Shown: piece by piece, positions 57,999 through 64,000 of the stretch
Layout: each line of letters opens with the position of its first letter
How positions within the stretch are numbered: the stretch's first letter is position 1
Source of the DNA: an uncultured Actinomycetota bacterium
Lineage (GTDB): Bacteria > Actinomycetota > Actinomycetes > Actinomycetales > Dermatophilaceae
NCBI GenBank assembly: GCA_963826375.1
Contig: CAWGWN010000003.1
Span: forward strand, 64,352 to 128,351
Direction: 5' to 3'
DNA length: 64,000 bases
Made by a program: the position numbers and the translations under genes
Notes under the pieces: model-generated
Seen by the model: the letters and a program-made list of their open reading frames with translations, nothing else
Database searches by the model: none
Told to the model about the DNA's origin: nothing

Positions 57999-59132
57999 AT
58001 GAGCACAGCGTCAAGCCCGACCTCCACGGCGCCCGCCACTGCCGACGAGCTCGGAGAGCGCGTCTTCACCGCAGCGCTGGGGATGCTCGACACGCTCTCG
58101 ATCTATGTCGGGGACAAGCTGGGGTGGTACCGCTGTCTGGCCGAGGCGGGCCCCATGACGGCGGACCGGCTGGCCGCTGCCACCGGCACTCACCCTCGCT
58201 ACGTCCGCGAGTGGCTGGAGCAGCAGGCCGTCGCCGGACTCCTCACGGCGCAGGACGACCCTGCCGACCCTGGTGTCGCGGCGCACGACCCGGAGTGGGA
58301 CCGCGGCAGCTCGCGGCGCTTCTCCATCTCACCGGCTGCGGTCGAGGTCTTCACCGACACCACGAGTCTTGGCTATCTCGCCCCCCTCGCCAGGATGCTG
58401 GCCGGGGTGAGTGTCCAGCTGCCCGCCCTCCTCGGCGCCTACCGGTCGGGGGGCGGCGTGAGCTGGGAGCAGTTCGGGTCCGAGGTCCGAGAGGCCCAGG
58501 CCGACATCAACCGCCCCTGGTTCGAGCGCGAGCTGGCTGGAGCACTGTTTGGCGTCACCGATGTGCACCAGGCGCTGAGCGCGGACGGTGCCCGCGTCGC
58601 CGATGTGGGTTGCGGCGCCGGGTGGTCGAGCATCGCGCTCGCCAGGGCCTACCCGCAGCTGCGGGTCGACGGCATCGACATCGATGAGCCGTCCGTCACG
58701 ATGGCCAGAGCCCATGCGGAGACCGCAGGGCTGGCCGACCGGGTGAGCTTCGTCGCGGCCGATGCCGCGCACCTCGAGGAGGGCGGGTACGCCGTCGCCT
58801 TCGCCTTCGAGTGCCTGCACGACGTCCCGAGACCCGTCGAGCTGCTTGCCGCAGTGCGCCGCTCGCTCGCCCCAGGAGGGTTTCTCGTCGTCATGGACGA
58901 AGCCGTGGCACCGCAGTTCGAGCCGGACGGGGACGAGGTGGAACGGGTGATGTACGGCTACAGCCTGTTCCTGTGCCTGCCGGACGCCATGTCGTCCCCG
59001 CCGAGCGCGGGCACCGGCACGGTCATGCGGGAGTCGGTGCTGCGCTCCTACGCGAAGCAGGCGGGTTTCACGCAGGTCAGCGTGCTTCCGATCGAAGGCT
59101 TCGCCTTCTTCCGGTTCTACCTGCTGCGCTGA
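57999..59132 (+). CDS. Class I SAM methyltransferase with N-terminal winged helix
   Basis: GDKLGWY, RYVREWL, DVGCGAG and FECLHD. Confidence 0.9.
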   Translation: MSTASSPTSTAPATADELGERVFTAALGMLDTLSIYVGDKLGWYRCLAEAGPMTADRLAAATGTHPRYVREWLEQQAVAGLLTAQDDPADPGVAAHDPEWDRGSSRRFSISPAAVEVFTDTTSLGYLAPLARMLAGVSVQLPALLGAYRSGGGVSWEQFGSEVREAQADINRPWFERELAGALFGVTDVHQALSADGARVADVGCGAGWSSIALARAYPQLRVDGIDIDEPSVTMARAHAETAGLADRVSFVAADAAHLEEGGYAVAFAFECLHDVPRPVELLAAVRRSLAPGGFLVVMDEAVAPQFEPDGDEVERVMYGYSLFLCLPDAMSSPPSAGTGTVMRESVLRSYAKQAGFTQVSVLPIEGFAFFRFYLLR

Positions 59133-59164
59133 GCTGGCCGCCCCCTGATCACGCGTGCCGGGAG

Positions 59165-60847
<1,683 letters not shown>

Positions 60848-60889
60848 GCAGGCAGGCTATCCGCGCGCCCCCTCCCCGACCCAATCGTC

Positions 60890-61504
60890 CTAGCCGCCGG
60901 ACGCGGCGACCACGTACTCGTCGGTGTCCGCGTCCTCCACCGTCCGGTCGAAGCCGCCACGCACCAGCGTGCGAACGCCCGAGCCTGCAGACGGCGGCTC
61001 GGGCTCGCCGGTCGGCGCGTCCGGTGTCATGCCGTCGCCGATCTGGTGGCTCTCGTCCGGCGTCTGCTGCTGTTGGCCGGCGTCCTCGAGCGAGGCCTGG
61101 ATGTGCGGGTCGGCCAGCCGGTCGTGCGACTCGTACTGCACGCGCTCGACCTTCGAGAACGCGCTCTGGCCGCGGGTGAGGTCGTGACCCACGTTGAAGG
61201 CATCCACCTCGACGCTGGTCATGTTCGTCCCGTCGGCGTTCACCCACTGGTTCACGCGCAGGCGCCCGTAGACGATGACCGGGTCGCCCTTCTTCAGGCT
61301 GCTCATGACGTTGCCGCCGAGGGCGTTGAAGCCCACGACGTTGACGAAGTTGGTGCTCCCGTCGACGAACCGCCTGGCCTCCGGGTCCCACCTCCGCGTG
61401 GTGGAGGCCACACGGAACGACGCGAACGGCTTGCCTGCCTTGGTCGAGCGTCCCTGCGGGTCCCCGACGAGGTTGCCCACGACGGTCACGAAGCTCTCGT
61501 TCAT
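60890..61504 (-). CDS. ssb: Second single-stranded DNA-binding protein (SsbB type)
   Basis: VTVVGNL, FRVAST.RR and KGDPVIVYGRL; no DDxPF tail. Confidence 0.88.
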   Translation of the reverse strand: MNESFVTVVGNLVGDPQGRSTKAGKPFASFRVASTTRRWDPEARRFVDGSTNFVNVVGFNALGGNVMSSLKKGDPVIVYGRLRVNQWVNADGTNMTSVEVDAFNVGHDLTRGQSAFSKVERVQYESHDRLADPHIQASLEDAGQQQQTPDESHQIGDGMTPDAPTGEPEPPSAGSGVRTLVRGGFDRTVEDADTDEYVVAASGG

Positions 61505-61660
61505 CCCTGTTCCCCTTTGTCGCGTTCGCTTCCCGCCGCCTGGCGGGTCCTGTCAGCATGCGGGGGCGATGACAGACCGTCGAGCGAGCCGCCCTCGAGT
61601 GTGGACCGCGCGGTGCTGAGGTCGGCGGGTGTGGAGAACCCAGGACCGAGGACGGCTGCC

Positions 61661-63340
61661 TCAGGAGTCCTGGGCGGCGTCGAGATGGGTCCGCGTGGCG
61701 GCGTGGCGCTCGACAACCTGACGCACCGGCGCCACGAGGCGGGCGGTGGCGACCTGCTCGATCGCGGACTCCAACCGCTTCCGCACCACCTCGCGCCGTC
61801 GGACGGCGCCCCGACTCCCGAGCGCACGAGCGACGCTGGCGGCCAGTGGCCCGAGGACGATGCCGGCCGCCAGGAGCAGGACGGGGTAGGCGACGGGACC
61901 CAGCCGGGGGGTCTCGACCGGGGGCAGCTGCAGCCAGCCGATGACCGCGAGGCCGACGAGCCAGACGAGTCCGGTGACCAGGGCCAGCCCCAGGGCCCAC
62001 TGGAGGATGCCCATGACCCGCCACCACATCGGTGTGTGCGCCCGCAGCGATGTGCGGACCACGGCCTGGTCGAGAGCCTGGTCGAGCCGGTCGTCGTCCG
62101 GGTCGGTCACCTCGGAGATCGCCTGCGCCCAGCGCACCGGGAGCCCCGCTCCGGCCCGGTCGCCCAGATCACGGGCCGCGAGGCGCACCGCGGACCTGGC
62201 TGCCGGCGACGGCGCCGGGATCGAGGACCTGCCCAGGAGGGCACGCACCTCGGACGCCTCGACGCTGCCGATGACACCGGCCGCCTTGTCCAGACGCAAC
62301 CGGGTGAACGGGTCTGCCTTGAGATGGCGCCGCCAGCGCGTGAAGAGCCAGCCACTGCGGGCAACGGCCTCGCGGCGGTAGTCCTCCTCGACAGCCGTCA
62401 GGACGATGGGGACGCCGGCCGCTCGGCACAGCGCGTCGACGAGCTCGCTGCCCGCACCCGCCTCGACCTCCGGCTCGGTGTCAGCCACCCCGCGGCGCAG
62501 CCTTCCCGCCACGAGGGTGACGTCAGCGGACAGCCGCTGCCGCGCCGCGTGGCCACCCGCGACCGCGTTGCTGAGGCGCTGCCGGAGCTCGGGCACACCG
62601 GCCCCCGTCACGGCCGAGGTGGTCAGCACCTGGACGTTGCGCACACCGTCGGACCGCAGGATCTGACCGAGGTCGTCCTGGCACTGACGCACGGCCTCCG
62701 GACTGAGCCGGTCCGTCTGGTTCAGCACGACGAGCATCACGGCGTCGTGTCCGGACAGGGCCTTGACGTAGTCGTCATGTAGCAGGGCGTCGGCATACTT
62801 CTGCGGGTCGGTGACCCAGACGAAGACGTCGCACACCGCGAGCACCCGCTGCGCCTCGGCTCGATGGTCCAGCTCGCGGGAGTCGAAGTCGGGCAGGTCG
62901 AGCAGGACGAGCCCGTCGAGGCTGCCGACCGACTCACCCCTGCCCGGCGCCGCTGAGCGCCCGGTGACCGCATGCCGCTGGTCGACGCTGAGCCAGTCGA
63001 GCAGGTCGGCGGCCGGCTCCTCGCCCCATACGGCTGCGGTCGGCGTCGACGTCGTCGGCCGACGCGCGCCGATCGTCGCGAGGTCCGCTCCAGCCAGGGC
63101 GTTGAACAGCGACGACTTGCCGCTGCCGGTGGCGCCGGCCAACGCGACGACGGTGTGGTTGCCGGCCAGTGAGCTGCGCTGGCGGACCTTCTCGAGGATG
63201 CGCTGCGCCTCGGTCACCCCGGTCGGGTCGAGCTGTGGCCCACCGGCGTCGATGGCCTGGTCGAGTGCGGCCGTCTGCGTTCCGAGGGCCTCCACCGAGG
63301 GGGCGGTGATCCGCCGGGCACCCATGATCAGCGGACTCAT
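61661..63340 (-). CDS. Dynamin-like GTPase (DynB-like)
   Basis: GATGSGKSSLFN, DLPDFDS, DPQKYAD, NQTD and two C-terminal TM helices. Confidence 0.85.
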   Translation of the reverse strand: MSPLIMGARRITAPSVEALGTQTAALDQAIDAGGPQLDPTGVTEAQRILEKVRQRSSLAGNHTVVALAGATGSGKSSLFNALAGADLATIGARRPTTSTPTAAVWGEEPAADLLDWLSVDQRHAVTGRSAAPGRGESVGSLDGLVLLDLPDFDSRELDHRAEAQRVLAVCDVFVWVTDPQKYADALLHDDYVKALSGHDAVMLVVLNQTDRLSPEAVRQCQDDLGQILRSDGVRNVQVLTTSAVTGAGVPELRQRLSNAVAGGHAARQRLSADVTLVAGRLRRGVADTEPEVEAGAGSELVDALCRAAGVPIVLTAVEEDYRREAVARSGWLFTRWRRHLKADPFTRLRLDKAAGVIGSVEASEVRALLGRSSIPAPSPAARSAVRLAARDLGDRAGAGLPVRWAQAISEVTDPDDDRLDQALDQAVVRTSLRAHTPMWWRVMGILQWALGLALVTGLVWLVGLAVIGWLQLPPVETPRLGPVAYPVLLLAAGIVLGPLAASVARALGSRGAVRRREVVRKRLESAIEQVATARLVAPVRQVVERHAATRTHLDAAQDS

Positions 63341-64000
63341 CGGTTGACCTTGACGGCGAGTGCTGCCGCGGCGAGGCGGCCGGCCTGGTCGACCGACGTC
63401 TCCTGAGCTTCCACCGTCTGGGTGAAGCGTGCCTCTTCGTCGTCGTACAGCTGTTCCACCCTTTCGATGAGCGCCTGTCTCGCCTTGGTGGCGAGCGTGC
63501 GCACGGCCTGGTCCCCGAAGATCGCCTCGAGCAGCTTCTGCCCGAGAATCGCTGTGCCCCCGGCGATCCCGGCCTCGGCGCCGGTCAGCCCGCCGGTGTG
63601 CGCGAAGGTGACGAGGATGAGCACCGTCCCCACGGCGTTCACCCCGTATGCCGTGACCCGCGCCGTCGTGCGCCGGTCCTGTCCCTGCGTCCGCACGAGG
63701 TCCAGCACGTCACCCTGCCAGTCGTGGACGAGGGCGGCGACCCTCTCGCAGAAGGCGGGTGAGACGGACCCGAGGGCCGGGTGCTCCTCGACGAGTGCCG
63801 GACCTCCGGGCAGCGAGCGCCATTGGCGGACCGTGGCCGCGGCGGCGGACTGGGCGTGGGCACGGACGAGCTCCGAGACCCCCGTCTCGAGCGCCTCACC
63901 GAGGTCCCCCGAGGGCGGCGGGTCGCCCTTGACCGCCGCGACCACCCGGTCCCGGAGCCGCGAGACGGTGGTCTCCACCTGCTTGAAGAACTCTCCGGTG
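63337..64000 (-). CDS. Dynamin-like protein (DynA-like), 3' part only
   Basis: ORF stays open past the window end; helical C-terminus with a hydrophobic hairpin (GVNAVGTVLILVTFA..GGLTGAE); ATGA-coupled to the next GTPase. Confidence 0.75.
   Translation of the reverse strand, partial: TGEFFKQVETTVSRLRDRVVAAVKGDPPPSGDLGEALETGVSELVRAHAQSAAAATVRQWRSLPGGPALVEEHPALGSVSPAFCERVAALVHDWQGDVLDLVRTQGQDRRTTARVTAYGVNAVGTVLILVTFAHTGGLTGAEAGIAGGTAILGQKLLEAIFGDQAVRTLATKARQALIERVEQLYDDEEARFTQTVEAQETSVDQAGRLAAAALAVKVNR

Overview
High-GC (about 72% by eye) actinobacterial chromosome segment, probably Micrococcales/Intrasporangiaceae-like (inference from gene order and protein style). The conserved backbone is rsfS-nadD-proA/proB-obgE-rpmA-rplU-rne, valS, clpX-clpP2-clpP1-tig, tRNA-Pro/tRNA-Gly, rpiB-pepN-mscS-glbO-aglA, an Rv2474c/Rv2475c-like pair and ettA-ssbB-dynB-dynA. 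Accessory genes are interleaved: a GT2/methyltransferase pair, ArsR-MFS plus a ynbAB-like lipid operon with a PlsC-DedA fusion, a CarH-like MerR/B12 regulator, a WXG100/T7SS substrate pair, a RecQ-PRTase helicase, yczE/yczR and a sortase-anchored DUF3494 ice-binding-like protein. There are several eroded genes and two single-base frameshifts. The strongest unexplained signal is a non-palindromic octamer, CGGCATAC/GTATGCCG. A manual count gives about 29 copies against about 2 expected, with no strand skew, and many copies are spelled with rare codons. This points to a genome-wide iterated motif (uptake-signal-like, HIP1-like or methylation-linked). All coordinates and counts are from manual reading; no database searches were run.
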